Part shown: positions 29,311 through 43,120 of the stretch, in pieces | How positions within the stretch are numbered: the stretch's first letter is position 1 | How the letters are laid out: the number at the start of each line of letters is the position of its first letter | Assembly: GCF_009914755.1 (NCBI RefSeq) | Contig: NC_060926.1 | Source: the human T2T-CHM13v2.0 reference genome, Homo sapiens | Reading direction: 5' to 3' (one strand) | Length of the DNA stretch: 64,000 bases | Made by a program: the position numbers and the translations under genes | The notes under the pieces: generated by a model | Databases searched by the model: none | What the model was told of the DNA's origin: nothing | The model's input: only the letters and a program-made list of their open reading frames with translations

Positions 29311-30527
29311 CTTAAACTGATGCACTGAAATACAGTCAGGTAAAATAAAGAGTTAGGGGCACATTTTAAAATACATTTAAGGTGCATCAAAGATTTAAAC
29401 CAATCACTTGTAACATCTCTATTTGTCAAACTCATTGGTGATCATTAGCATTTAGAGAGACCCAGGACAATTGCAAGATTCTAAATAATTTTCAAACCAT
29501 AGTAGAGGATACTTTGTTTACTGTTATTTATGTATTAAATATCTTTTAATATACTATAGCTTTATAAGAACAGATAATCCATTTTTGGAATAAATTTGTG
29601 TTTTAATTGGCCAAAGAGTTAAATCCATTTTTTCTAGATCCTCTGGATAATTAGGAATTGGTAGTAAAAGGCAATTTCACTTTTCCAATAAAATAATATG
29701 CTCAGTTGTTCAAACCCACATTCTTGATAAAAACAACTAGAAATTCTGGATAAGATAGAAGAAAAAGAAGATTTTGGTGCAACAAAGATCATACAAGATG
29801 GTAAGGAATTACAAGACCAAAATCTAAGTGATGTCTTGATCTCAGAAAAGAAAGCTAAATGTTGAATTCCCTTTGGCCCTTGGAGAATTCATGAAAGCCG
29901 TGAATTTGAGCTTCAGTTTTTCAGTCTCTGTGGAGTGATATGGAAGAAGGAAAAAATCTCAAGTCCCCAGCAACACGCATGTGATCATAGAAGACTTTCC
30001 CCCTATGAAACAAGACCTCCAAAGAGCTATAATTTCACAATAAGCATAAACCAAAAGTAAACCCAGACTACCCAACTCCTGCTTCCATGTGTCGGCAAGA
30101 AAGTGTTCGCTGGTGCTGAACAAAGCGTGGGGAAAATGCTGCTGTTGCATAAATTACAATCTCAAAAACTCAAGCTATAAATTTAGTTTAAAACAGTTCC
30201 CAATACCTAATAGAAACAAATGTGCAGTTCCTCCTCATCCTGAAAGAATCTCCACAATAATATTCCAAGGAAAATAATGCACTCACAGCATATGTATGTA
30301 TCACCTATTATGATGTATATAGCTGGTAGATAAGTACATATGTATCATATATATATATATACATATAACCATTACAGAGAACTAGAAGAAATAGTGGAGA
30401 AAGAAAAAGTTCTACAAAGACCCTAGATTTAAAAATAATCAGAGAAAAATTTTGTAAAACAACTCTTCTCATAACGTCCAAAGCTAGAACACACTTGAAA
30501 TAATCTCAGCAAAAAAAAGCTGTCAAA

Positions 30528-30894
30528 TATGCAGCCATAAAAAAGGATGAGTTCATGTCCTTTGTAGGGACATAGATGAAGCTGGAAACCACCATTCTCA
30601 GCAAACTATCGCAAGGACAGAAAACCAAACACCGCATGTTCTCACTCATAGGTGGGTACTGAACAATGAGAACACTTGGACACAGAAAGGGGAACATCAC
30701 ACACCAGGGCCTGTCGTTGGGTAGGGGGACGGGGGAGGGATACCATTAGGAGATATACCTAATGTAAATGACAAGTTAATGGGTGCAGCACGACAACATG
30801 GCACAGGTATACATATGTAACAAATCTGCACGTTGTGCACATGTACCCTAGAACTTAAAGTATAATAATAATAATAATAACAATAATAATAAAA
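30528..30894 (+). mobile_element. L1PA5/6-like 5'-truncated 3' end with (AAT)n tail
   Basis: tatgcagccataaaaaaggatgagttcatgtcc...gtaccctagaacttaaagtataat; TSD aaagctgt(c/t)aaa. Confidence 0.9.
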
Positions 30895-30920
30895 GAAAGC
30901 TGTTAAAAATGACCAGCATG

Positions 30921-31020
30921 GAATCTCTCTTCCCCACTGTCAGACAACATTTCGGTGGTCCCTGTAACTATTGCTCTGGTCCTGAATAAAATCTTTCTCG
31001 CCATGCTTGAAAAAAAAAAA
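30921..31020 (+). mobile_element. MER31-like ERV1 LTR 3' fragment ending in poly(A)
   Basis: aatctctcttccccactg...gtggtccctgtaactattgctctggtcctgaataaaatctttctcgccatgctt resembles MER31; AATAAA at 30985-30990 then A11. Confidence 0.65.
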
Positions 31021-31935
31021 CAGAATTGCAAAATATGCCTCTGACAAAGGACTAATATCAAGAATCTACAAGGACCTCAAAGAATCCAAGAAGAGAAAAA
31101 TAAACAACCCCATTAAAAACTGGGCAAAGGACATGAACAGACATTTTTCAAAAAAAAAATGCAAGCAGCCAACAAACACATGAAAAAATGCTCAGAATCA
31201 CTAATCATTAAAGAAATGCTCATTAAAACCACAATGAGATATCATCTTATATCAGTCAGAATGGCTGTTATTAAAAAGTTGAAAAAAGCAAAAAACAGAG
31301 GTTGACTTGGATGCAGAGCAAAGAGAGAACGTTTATACACTATTGGTGGGAATATAAATTAGTTCAAGCTCTATGGAAAACAGTATGAAGATATCTCACA
31401 GAACTGAAAACAGAACTACCATTTGACCCAGAAATATTCATAATTGGACACCTACCCAAAGGAGAACAAATCATTATAGGACAATACCATGACAATAGCA
31501 AAGTCATGGAACCAACCTAAGTCTAACCTATGGGTCCATCAATAATTGATTGGATAAAGAAAATGTGATATATATATACACCATGTAATACTACACCACC
31601 ATAAAAAAGAATGAAATCATGTCCTTTGAAGCAACATGGATGGAGGTGGAGACCATTATTCTGAGTGAATTAACTCAGAAACAGAAAATAAAATACTGCA
31701 TGTTCTCACCTACAAGTGGAAGCTAAACAATTGGTACACATGGGCATAAAGATGGAAATAATAGAAACTGAGGTTTCCCAAAGGGGAGAGGATGTGAGTG
31801 TTGAAAAACTACCTATTAGGTACAATATTCATTATTTGGGTAATGGGTGAACTAGAAGCCCAATCCCCACCAGTATGCAATATACCCATTTACCAAACAT
31901 TCACATGGACCCATTGAATCTAAAATAAAATAAAT
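31021..31935 (+). mobile_element. L1PB3/4-like 3' fragment
   Basis: ORF2 C-terminal sequence plus 3'UTR gaagcccaatccccaccagtatgcaatataccc...gaatctaaaataaaa. Confidence 0.85.
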
Positions 31936-34305
31936 ATTTTTTAAATGACTGGAATGTGTGAAAAAGGAAACAAAGAACATTTCTAAAAGAGAAAGATGCA
32001 AAAAATAGATTTTTAAATGCAAGGGCTGTTCACTATTTTGTAGTAGCTAAAGTAGGTATTAGTGAATCCAAAGATCAGTCAGAAGAAATTATGCAGAATG
32101 CATCACAGCAAAACAGAGGCAGTGAGACATTTTACCATGTTTTTACGTGGATTCCTAAACAAAGAGGAGAAAGAACATAGAACAGAGACAATGTTTGTAA
32201 GTAATATTTTAAGATAATGACTGATTCCCTACATCAAAAGAAAGCCAACGGGAAGTTCCTAAATCTATAGAGGGTACACAAACATAAAACTACACTTGAA
32301 CATGTCATGGTGAGTTGGACAAACCAAAAACAATAGTAAAACCAAAGAACAACCACGAACATGCATAAATCCACAAGGTAGTGAATAAAACAGCTTACTT
32401 TCAAGGCAGCAGAATGGCATTGACCACTAACTACTCAACAGAAATGATGAAAGATGGATGCCAGAAGAATGAGATCACCAAAGTGCTAATAAAAAATAAT
32501 TGCCAACCTAGAATTTCTAGGACCCACTTTTTAAGAGTAGGATGAAATGCAGACATTCTTGGGCAAACAAAAAAAGAGAGTTTATCTGCAGCATATCCTC
32601 AGAAAAGGATGTAATTAAATCAGAGAAAAAGATGAAGATCAAGAAGGTAGGAAACATGCAAAAATCATGACAAATAGTTTTTGCCATTAAGAAAAAGAAG
32701 AAACTAATTAATTCCACAAAACAAGTCAAGAATAACTCGTGAATTAGAGGGAGCAGAAATGGAGTTGCCATCTTCAAAGGCACTCGTTTTCAGGAGATGT
32801 ATACAATTTTTGGAAAAACTTGTATTTGAAAAGTTAAGTATGCATTTTGCAATTTTCAGAGAGTGAAAGAATAGCAACAAAATACTTATAAACTAGGAAA
32901 GGAAAAATCTTGAATAAGAAAATAATCTATACCAAAAAAGCCACATTTAAGTACTATGTTTATTTTGTTAAATTAATTTAAATTTTAAAAATTTATCTTC
33001 ACTCTATGCAATAATATTTGTGAAATTTTGACTCTGGTGTGTAAATTAACTTGTTTACTGCATTGAATCCTTTGTCATTTTTGTAATACTTTGATTATCT
33101 CCGTCTAAATATTCAAACATCACCTCTTAACATAACCAGTGGTACACCTTCCATGATTTAGATATGGTGATCTGACTAGCGTTGAAACTTGAGAGAAGCT
33201 AGCCTCAATAACAGGACCCAGGGATAACCATCTAGTTCTCCAGCGAAGGGCCTTAAGCCCTCTGGGGGTCCACATTGTTGGTTACTCACTAATCAAAGAT
33301 GTGCCCCACCCCTAGTTTTCTCCTCCCTGACTCAAGTTCATGTCATTCAACTCTCTGCCTGGTTCACGGGCTCATGGTATTCTGCCCTACTCCTGCTGCT
33401 TGGCTATCCACCAGTTACCAATAGCTGAAGTTGATGCAACCACATGAAATTTCTACAAGACCCTCCCCTCTTTGGGCTCCCATCACATTGTCACTACTGC
33501 CAGATGTCATCAGCGTGAGAGAATCAGTGGTGGTCCACAGGAGCATCTTGTTGTCCCTCCCTAAATGATACCAGCACCACTCTCCTCCCAAAATCAATGC
33601 TCCCAACCACAACACCCCCCTTGGCTTCACTTCTGTTCCCAGCAAGCCATCAAAACTAGCACCAAGGCTCTCTCTAGGAGGCTATAAATATATATGTTTT
33701 CCTTTTTTCTGTCTTTAAATGGTGAGTTAACACAAACAGACCTACATACACCAGACCCCAAGGTATCAATCTGGATCCCTTCACAGGATCCTTTGAAATT
33801 TTCAATTCACAGAACCGAGAAAAAAAAGCAAACTCTGAAGCCCAGCCCTTCCCTCCTCTATTCCGGAGCAGGCAGCTGATGGGATGCAAATGGGGCTGCT
33901 GAGCTTCAGGGTGGAAATGGAAGCCAGTGCGTTGTGCTCCTTGTGATGTGAAACCTGTTGCAGCTGCGCAGAGAAACGAGAGTTTTCACTGGACACAGTG
34001 CAAGGAGCAAGCAGGGTGCCTTTCATGGACAGAAGCTGCATCTGTCTATACTTCAGCCATTCAATCAACAAACATTTCATGATCATCAGTTACTGCTATG
34101 AAAGGTAGATGCTGAGGGTAAAACAAGGAACAAGAAGAGAATGCCCCACTCCCATATGGCACATGTAAAAGCATAAAAGTCTATCTGAATCATTTTTGAA
34201 ACAGAAGGCCCATGACATTGCCTGCTGAGTCCACATTGGCTCTTGTTTGTGGATACCAGCACATATTAAAATTATCTGAAATATTCAGTTGTGAGCCCCC
34301 TCCCC

Positions 34306-34694
34306 TGATATGGTTAGGCTTCGTGTCCCCACCCAGATCTCATCTTGAATTGTAATCCCCATAATCCCCATAATCCCTATTTGTCAAAGGAGAGACCAGG
34401 TGGAGGTAATTGAATCATGCGGATGGTTTTCCCCATGCTGTTCTCATGATAGTGAGTGAGTTCTCACAAGCTCGGATGGTTTTATAAGGGGCTTCTTCCC
34501 CTTTGCTTAGCACTTCTCCTTTCTGCCACCTTGTGTAGAAGGTGCCTTGCTTCCCCTTCACCTTCCACCATGATTGTAAGTTTCCTGAGGCCTCCCCAGC
34601 CATGCTGAACTGTGAGTCAATTAAACCTCTTTCTTTTATAAATTAAGCAAGTCTCAGGCAGTTCTTTATTGCAGTATGAAAATGGACTAGTACA
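34306..34694 (+). mobile_element. THE1D solo LTR
   Basis: tgatatggttaggcttcgtgtccccaccc...aaatggactagtaca. Confidence 0.9.
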
Positions 34695-35999
34695 GTGAGA
34701 AAAAAATAGCTCTGGAGGGCTGGGTTACATTCAGGACATGTACTAAATGTTTTAATGCGTTTTTTTAGCAAGCACGTAAAATGTCTCCCCCAAGGCTTTA
34801 AGCTCTCTTTCTACTTCCCTAAAAGTTTCCCCATCAAAATAGGAAATAAATATTGAAGCTAGAAAAGGCTTGTCCCCTTCAAAGTAAGTAAGCGCATGCT
34901 TCATGACAGGCATATCTTTCTTCAGACAGTTGGGGAGGACCCTTAATTCTTTCACCTAAGAAAAAAAAAGTTACAAAACAGCAACCTATGAAAACAAAAA
35001 CATGGAATCAATGCATCTCCTGAAATAACTTCTCTGTGGTCCTGAGGGTGGTGTTTTGTTTGGCTTGTTCTCCTTCCCACCTTTTTATACCCCCCAAGGA
35101 TCCTCCTCATTCTGTTGTAGCCAGGGCTCCTAGAGAAGGCTGTCAACATTGAAGGGCCCAGATCCCTTCTACCAGTTTTTCTTGTGCTTCCTATGTGCTT
35201 GTAACTGTGAATCTCCTGCTTTTCAAACAACTCTTCTGCCTTTTGTATGGGTATACATTAAAGGGGAAAATCAGGGCCTCTTCACACTACTCTGGCAAAA
35301 TCAACCTGAACTGCTAGATTATAGGTCTTGGCATCTGGAGCTGCCTGCTTGAGCCCTGGCAGGTCTGGAGGCTTGGGGCTCTTTCATTGACTCAGGAAAT
35401 ATTTCTGCTTCCCACCCAGGACTTCTGTTGTCTCTTCCTCCCTTCTCCTCCCCTGCTCTCAGGACTCTTAGATGTAGCCCAGGTTTGCTTCCACACAGTT
35501 GACATTGGCGGTGCACGGTCTTCTCCCCTCTGCGCCCTCAGATCTCCACGCCTGTGCCTATGACACGTGCCACCTGCACCTGTGTTGCCAAGCCTGGCTC
35601 CTCATCCGTGGCCACTCCTGCCCCCACAACCTGCCAGTTCTGCCTCCTTTTTGCCTGCCTCCTGCCTATCTTTACTTCACTGATTTCTTTGGCTGGAAAA
35701 TATTTCCACAACTTCCCCTCCCACACTCACCTGGGGCTATGACATTGTTGTGGGCACTGGTTGGGCCTCTCCCCTGCCACCTAACAAGGACATCCTACAG
35801 GCCCAGGAGGGCATTATCTGTGGTTTTGAATTTCTAGTGTCTCGAACTGTACTGGCCCAGAGAGGACCTCAAATATGGAAAACTGAAGTGATTGCTTTCT
35901 GCACGCGTTATCTATGCACCCATGCATAACTCACACAAACTTACTGAATCTTCATTTACTCTTCTGTAAAAGGGGAGTAATCAAAGAAATGCACTTTAC

Positions 36000-36660
36000 T
36001 AACAACAAGAGGGTAGCATAGTTTGTCTTTTAAACTGATAAAGATGTTCTGAAATAATAATCTATGTTTTCAAGGGTACAGGACTTTGGTAGTTACACCA
36101 TGACAGTAAAGATGCATATTTTAGGAACTTGGTGGAGGATAATTTGACAGTACACATCTACATGTTTACATTGTACATACCCTTTGACTGACACTCCACT
36201 GTTAGAAATTTGTACTAAGGAAATAATCAGACCTACAACATAAGCACTTAGCTATAGGAATACTGGTCAAAGAATTGTTGATCATACTCAAAAATTAGAA
36301 ACAATCTAAATATGCAATAAGAAAATATTTAAAATAAATTGTATCGCATTCATCTGATGTAATATTATACAGACATTTAGAAAGCTCTTGTAGTCAAAGG
36401 ATAAGTAGGTTACCTTTGGCATATACAATGAGTAAAACTGATACTAAGTTGATATACCCATTGTGATATAATTCTCTTTGGTTCTTAAATATTTTTATAT
36501 ACCTAAGGAAAAAGATTAAAAGCTTATGAAACCAAAATATTCACAGTTTGGTTATCACAGTCTAGTGTGATTATGGGTAGTTTTAATTGTTTTAATTTCA
36601 TATTTTTCTGTTCAAATTTCCATTGCTTGTTTAACTAAAAAAAACTTTTAAATAATATTA
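36000..36660 (+). mobile_element. L1ME 3' fragment
   Basis: gtacataccctttgactgacactccactgttagaaatttgtactaaggaaataatcag...ttagaaacaatctaaatatgcaa. Confidence 0.65.
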
Positions 36661-37958
36661 TAAAATGACCATCACAGAAAAAAATATCATTAGGCAATAT
36701 TGCCATGACTATAGACCTTTCTCCCTACAACTGTTGTTTCTAAATGCCATGAAGGAATTTAAACTCTCAAGCTATTTCTGGCCTGGGCAGTGCTGAGCTA
36801 TATCTTACTCTCTGTAGGAGGATGAGTGTGTGAGCTCCGTGGTATTTAGGAACCCAGATATCATTCATTTGCAGCCTCTCCATCAGCACGAAGGCCACGT
36901 TTGCACTGTGACAGGAATTTCAAATATGAGTTATTTCTTATTACTTGTGTATTGGGTTTCAAAAATGCACAAGCTTCCCACGGCATGCATTTAAAGAACC
37001 TCTTTCAAGATATCTTGCACCCAAAAAGGATCAGGAGCTCAAAATGCCCATTAATAAAGAGAAACTATCCATATCCATGACACTTTCAGGCTTAAAATAC
37101 TTTTCACATAAATGTAAAGACAAAATTAAAAATTAATGTCTATTCAAATTGAATGTAGTAACTCTGTCCACAGAAGGACGTGGACAGGCCACACTCAGAA
37201 GAGGCTTAGTTCTCCAGTAGGATGCGGAGCTCCCAGTCTCAGTGACCTCACAGGCCATGGGCTCCACTGTGTGGCACATCTGTCCCACACCAACTCCCTG
37301 TTTTCCTGACAAGGAAGCTAAAGTTTTGAATGAGTCCAAAATCACATAGAGAGGAATCAGGAGGATGTCCTTCTGTCTCCAAAACCATGCTCACTCTAAA
37401 GATGGGGAAATTAAATTAGAGCATGCATTAGTAAAATGTATTGAATATTACTGGCAATAATTACCCATTTCCATCCCTCGAAGAAAGCCATGTCTCATCC
37501 ATATGCAAAACTGACACCATTAGGAGAAAAACGTGATTAAGCCAAATTATACTATGGGATGATTGTCATGATACATAACCAAGTACCTCTGCATCATCAA
37601 TGCCAATCTCAGGGCAGGGAGCCATGAGGCTACACACAGGGCAAGTCCCACAGTGGAAACCCCCTTGATAACCCCTATCATTGAATCCTACCCCAAACTA
37701 CCCCTGCAAGACTCTGCTTGCCTCCTGTCCCTGTACCCACCTCCAAATTCTTCCCATTGCCCTGGCCAGCACTGAGCTTCTTTGCAGTTCTTCCTCAGCC
37801 CTGCACCCTTCAGGCTGGATCTTTCCTTCCTCTACTTCTTTCCTTCCTGAGGCTCCAAAGAGCCCTTGTTACAATATTAGATACTAATAGCAATGTCTGA
37901 GGGAAGCCACATGTATGGCATGCCACAATAGAGAAAATAAATTGAGATAATAAACTTA

Positions 37959-38260
37959 GGCCAGACGTGGTGACTCACGCCTGTAATCCCAGCACTTTGG
38001 GAGGCCGAGGCGGGAGGATCACGAGGTCACGAGATCGAGACCATCCTGGCTAACACAGTGAAACCCTGTCTTTACTAAAAATACAAAAAATTAGCCAGGC
38101 GTGGTGGAGGCTGCCTGTAGTCCCAGCTCCTCGGGAGGCTGGGGCGGGAAAATGGCGTGAATCTGGGAGGGGGAGCTTGCAGTGAACGGAGATCACGCCA
38201 CTGCACTCCAGCCTGGGCGACAGAGCAAGACTCCATCTCAAAATAATCACAATCATAATC
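37959..38260 (+). mobile_element. AluY-like
   Basis: gagatcgagaccatcctggctaacac; degenerate (AATCAT)-type tail. Confidence 0.93.
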
Positions 38261-38839
38261 ATAAAGTTAAAGCAACAGAAATCTCTAAATACCCTTAAAA
38301 ATCATAAAATCAGTGCACTAAGTTGCATATTTTGCTTTTTAGGAAGTGCCTCAAACCCTTATTTGGAAACTATATATTTTTACTTTAAATGCAATGTTTT
38401 AGGTCCTCATTTTCCCCTTTAATGTTTAACGTAATTGCATTGAACCTTATAGTCTTGTTGTGAAAAAAAAAGCAATTCTTTACCTTTCTTTTGTCTGTAA
38501 TACATATGATGTGTATACGAATTTTTATAGATAGCTGGATCTGAAATTTTGTGAGGCAATACTATTTAAATAGTTGTGCTAAAATCTTTCTACAGATTTC
38601 CTTTCTTTACAAATTTTACTTCAGTTAATTCTCATAGTATTATTTCATACTATATAAAAAATCATATACATATATTTCATATTACATATTCAAATACACA
38701 TATGTATATGCTATTGGGGAGTGTGTATAAAATAAAAAATATAAAAATTACTCCCGGTAGTATTTCTTATTTAATAGCATATATAAATGCATTTTTCCTA
38801 TTTATATTTTTTCTTTATATTTAAATTATCATTTTTTGT

Positions 38840-39796
<957 letters not shown>

Positions 39797-40515
39797 ATAA
39801 AATTATGTCTTGTTACATGGGCTACAGAGTAAGTGTTGTGTTAGTAGGCAGGAAAACAACATCAGCGCCCTTGCACATCTACGTTTTAGACCAGGTGCAC
39901 TGTCAATGAGCAGTAACGTTTTGGAAGGAATCTATTTCTCAGAGCAGCAGGTGTCAACAGTGGGCTTATAATATTCAGTAAACTATGCTGTAAACAGATG
40001 TGCTGTCATATAGGCTTTTTGTTCCATTTACAGAGGACAAGCAGAGTTGATTTAGCATAATTCTTAAGGAACCCTAGGGTTTTCAGAATGTTAAATGAGC
40101 CTCGGTTTCAACTTACAGTCACCAGATGCATTAGCCCCTAACAAAAGAGTCAGCCTGTCCTTTGAAGATTTGAAGCCTTGTATTGACTTCTCCTCTCTAG
40201 CTACTAAAGACTTAGATGTTATCTTCTTCCAAAAGTCGACTGTTTCATCGACACTGAAAATCTGTTGTTTATGTAGCCACCTTCACCAATTATCTTATGT
40301 AGATCTCCTGGATAACTTGCCACAGCTTCTGCATTAGCACTTGCTATTTCACCTTGCACTTTTATGTTCTGGGAACAGATTCATTCCTTAAACCTCAAGA
40401 AGCAACCTCTGCTAGCTTCGAACATTTCTTCTGTGGCTTCCTCACCTCTTTCAGCCTTCATAGAATTGAAGAAAGATAGGGCCTTGCTCTGGATTAGGCT
40501 TTGGTTTAAGGGACA

Positions 40516-40936
40516 TGTGTTAGGCCATTGCTGTAAAGAAATACTTGACGATAGGAAATTTATGAAGAAAAGAGATTTAATTGGCTCATGGTTCTGCAGG
40601 CTGTACAGGAAGCATAACACTGGCACCTGCTTCTAGGGAGGTGTCAGAAAGCTTATATTTATGGCAGAAGCTGAATGGGGACTAGGCTGGTCACATAGAG
40701 CAGAAGCAAGAGAGTGGCATGGGAGGTGTCATATAAACAACAAGATCTCATAAGAAGTCACTATCACCAAGGAGAGCGCCAATGGGATGGTGCTGAACCA
40801 TTCGTGAGAAATCTGCTCCCATGATCCAGTCACCTCCTCCCAGGCCCCACCTCCGACACTGGGGATTACAATATTCAACATGAGACTGCATCTTCAACAT
40901 GAGGCTGGGGCAGGGACACACACCCAAACTATAACA
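40516..40936 (-). mobile_element. MSTB-type LTR nested in Tigger1
   Basis: tgtgttaggccattgct...ttaattggctcatggttctgcaggctgtacaggaagcat...cccaaactataaca. Confidence 0.85.
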
Positions 40937-41077
40937 GGAAGGCTGAGGCTTGTTTGATCTTCCATCCAGGACACTAGAACTTGCTTCATGTCAGCAATGA
41001 GGCTGTTTCACTTTCTGATCGTTCCTGTGTTCACTGGAGTAACATTCTTAGTTCCCCCAAGAATTTTTTTCCTTTGC

Positions 41078-41209
41078 AGCCAGGTGCAGAAGCACATGCC
41101 TGTAGTCCAGGCTACTTGGGAGGCTGAGGAGGGAGGATCACTTGAGCCCAGGAATTTTAGGCCGGCCTGGACAACATGGCAAGACTCTATCTCAAAAACA
41201 AAAAAAAAA
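41078..41209 (+). mobile_element. FLAM (free left Alu monomer) nested in Tigger1
   Basis: Single monomer plus A tail. Confidence 0.8.
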
Positions 41210-41814
41210 GTAACTTTTTCTTTTTATTCAAAACTTGGCTATTTGCCACAAGAGGCCTAGCCTTTGCTCTCTCGGATTTCAACATGGCTTCCTCACTAAC
41301 CTCATCATTTCTAGCTTTTGATTTAAAGTGAGAGACATGCGACTCTTCCTTTCACTTGAAGACTTAGAGGCAACTATAGAATATCAATTGGACTGATTTT
41401 AGTATTGCTGTGTTTCAACAAATAGGGAGGCCCAAGGGAAGGGAGGGAAATGGGGGAACAGCCTGTAAGTGGACCAGTCACAATGCACAGATTTATCAAT
41501 TACACTTGCTGAATGTCACCTGCATAGTTTGTTGTGCCCCAAAACAATAACAATAATAACATCAAAGATCACTGATCACAGATATGCTATGACAGACACG
41601 ATCATAATGAAAGAGCTGGAAATATTGCAAGAATTACCAAAATGTGACACAGAGACAAGAAGTGAGTCCATGCTTTTAGAAAACTGGTGAGAATAGACTT
41701 GCTCGAAACAGGGTTGCCACAAACCTCCAATTTGTAAAAAGAAAAAAAAAATGCAGTATCTACAATACACAATAAAGTGAAGCACACTAGAACAAGGTAT
41801 TCCTGTAAGAACTG

Positions 41815-42312
41815 AAATCTGTAGTTTACATGAGGGTTAACTCTTTTTGTATTACATTCCATGGATTCTGACAAACAGGTAATGTCCATTATTATAGTAC
41901 CACCGAGACAACTTACTGCCCCACAAACCTTCTGTGCTCCATCTCTTCCTCCCTCCTTCTCCCCTACTCCCTGGTAACCATACATCTTTCTAGTGTCTCT
42001 AGCCTCTTCCAGAACATCCTATAGTTGGAATCATACAGTGGGTAGCCTTTTCAGATTGGTTTCTTTCACTTCGTACAATGCATTTAAGAGTCCCCATGTC
42101 TTTTGGCGGTTTGCTAGTTCATTTATTTTTATCACCGAATACTATTCCATGGTGTGGATGTGCCACAGTTTGTCTATCCATTTACCTATTGAAGGGCATC
42201 ATGGTTGTTTTCAATTTGGGGCAATTATAAATAAAGCTGCTATAAACATTCATGCACAGGTTTTTGTATGAACAAAATAATTCAGCTCCTTTGGGTAAAT
42301 ACACAGGAGTGA
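41815..42312 (-). mobile_element. L1MC-type 3' region, antisense
   Basis: atagttggaatcatacag...tttcagattggtttctttcactt...aaagctgctataaacattc. Confidence 0.8.
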
Positions 42313-42625
42313 TGGAAAGGTAGAGCATAAGGGATTTTTAGTACAGTGAAACTATTGTATCATATTGTAATGGTGCATACCTGACATTTTGCATTTGTCA
42401 AAACCCACAGAATGTACTGTACAACACAGAGGGAATCCTATCAGAAACTATGTTACATTCGTAATAATGTGACGATATTGGTTTATCAATTGCAACAAAT
42501 GTGCCACAGCAACGCAAGGAGAAACCATGTCTTGAGAAGGATATGGGAACTCTCTGTGCTACTATTCCATTTTTCTATAAGTTCTATAAACTTAAAGCTG
42601 CTCTAAAAATAGGGTCTATTAATTT
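42313..42625 (+). mobile_element. L1MC-type 3' end
   Basis: gcatttgtcaaaacccacagaatgtac...atatgggaactctctgtgct...aaagctgctctaaaaata. Confidence 0.8.
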
Positions 42626-42889
42626 TAGAAACTCGTATGTGAAGTTGCTAGTCCAAGAAACTCAAATATGCGAACTTTTCTTGTAACTGATGCCAATAAT
42701 AGATTCTGTCCATCCTCATCATTAATGATTCCCAAAATGTACACCTGATAGAAGAATCAGGCTGAAGCAAAACCATGAGAAAGCTTCGCTGAGATACTCT
42801 CTTCCTTTTGACAGTCCCTTAGTTCTAAAAACTTTGGTGACTTTGATAATGTCCCTCCTTTCTCTTTTACTGCAATTGATTTAATTGCT

Positions 42890-43120
42890 AAAAATAAAAT
42901 ATTCCAACATTTATAAAAAACCTACCAAGTACCAAAGACTGTTAGGTGATTTACGTATGTTATCTCTGACTCTTATGACAACATTTCAAATTCAGTGACG
43001 TTACCACCACTTGACAGGTTGAGAAACTGAACCAAAGAAATTGAGGACTGTGCCCAGGGTTATGTTGCTAGCAGAGGACAATTGAAGAAAGTAAGCCCAA
43101 CTCTGATTACGAAACCTTCC
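42890..43120 (-). mobile_element. MIR
   Basis: gacaggttgagaaactgaaccaaag...tgcccagggttatg. Confidence 0.6.

Larger units (their letters stand above)
29690..32900 (+). mobile_element. Old L1ME-type 5'UTR/ORF1 remnant hosting nested insertions
   Basis: aaaacaactagaaattctggataa at the 5' end; aattgccaacctagaatttctag (CQPRI motif) near 32500. Confidence 0.6.
39799..41805 (-). mobile_element. Tigger1 DNA transposon, 5' portion with decayed transposase
   Basis: TIR ...aaggtattcctg followed by TA at 41806; the ORF track gives SLIQSKALSFFNSMKAERGEEATEEMFEASRGCFLRFKE, matching the Tigger1 transposase CENP-B-type HTH region. Confidence 0.92.

Noticed and set aside
40381-40626. Domesticated TIGD-like transposase gene
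   Set aside because: This Tigger1 copy is frameshifted, interrupted by MST and FLAM, and truncated
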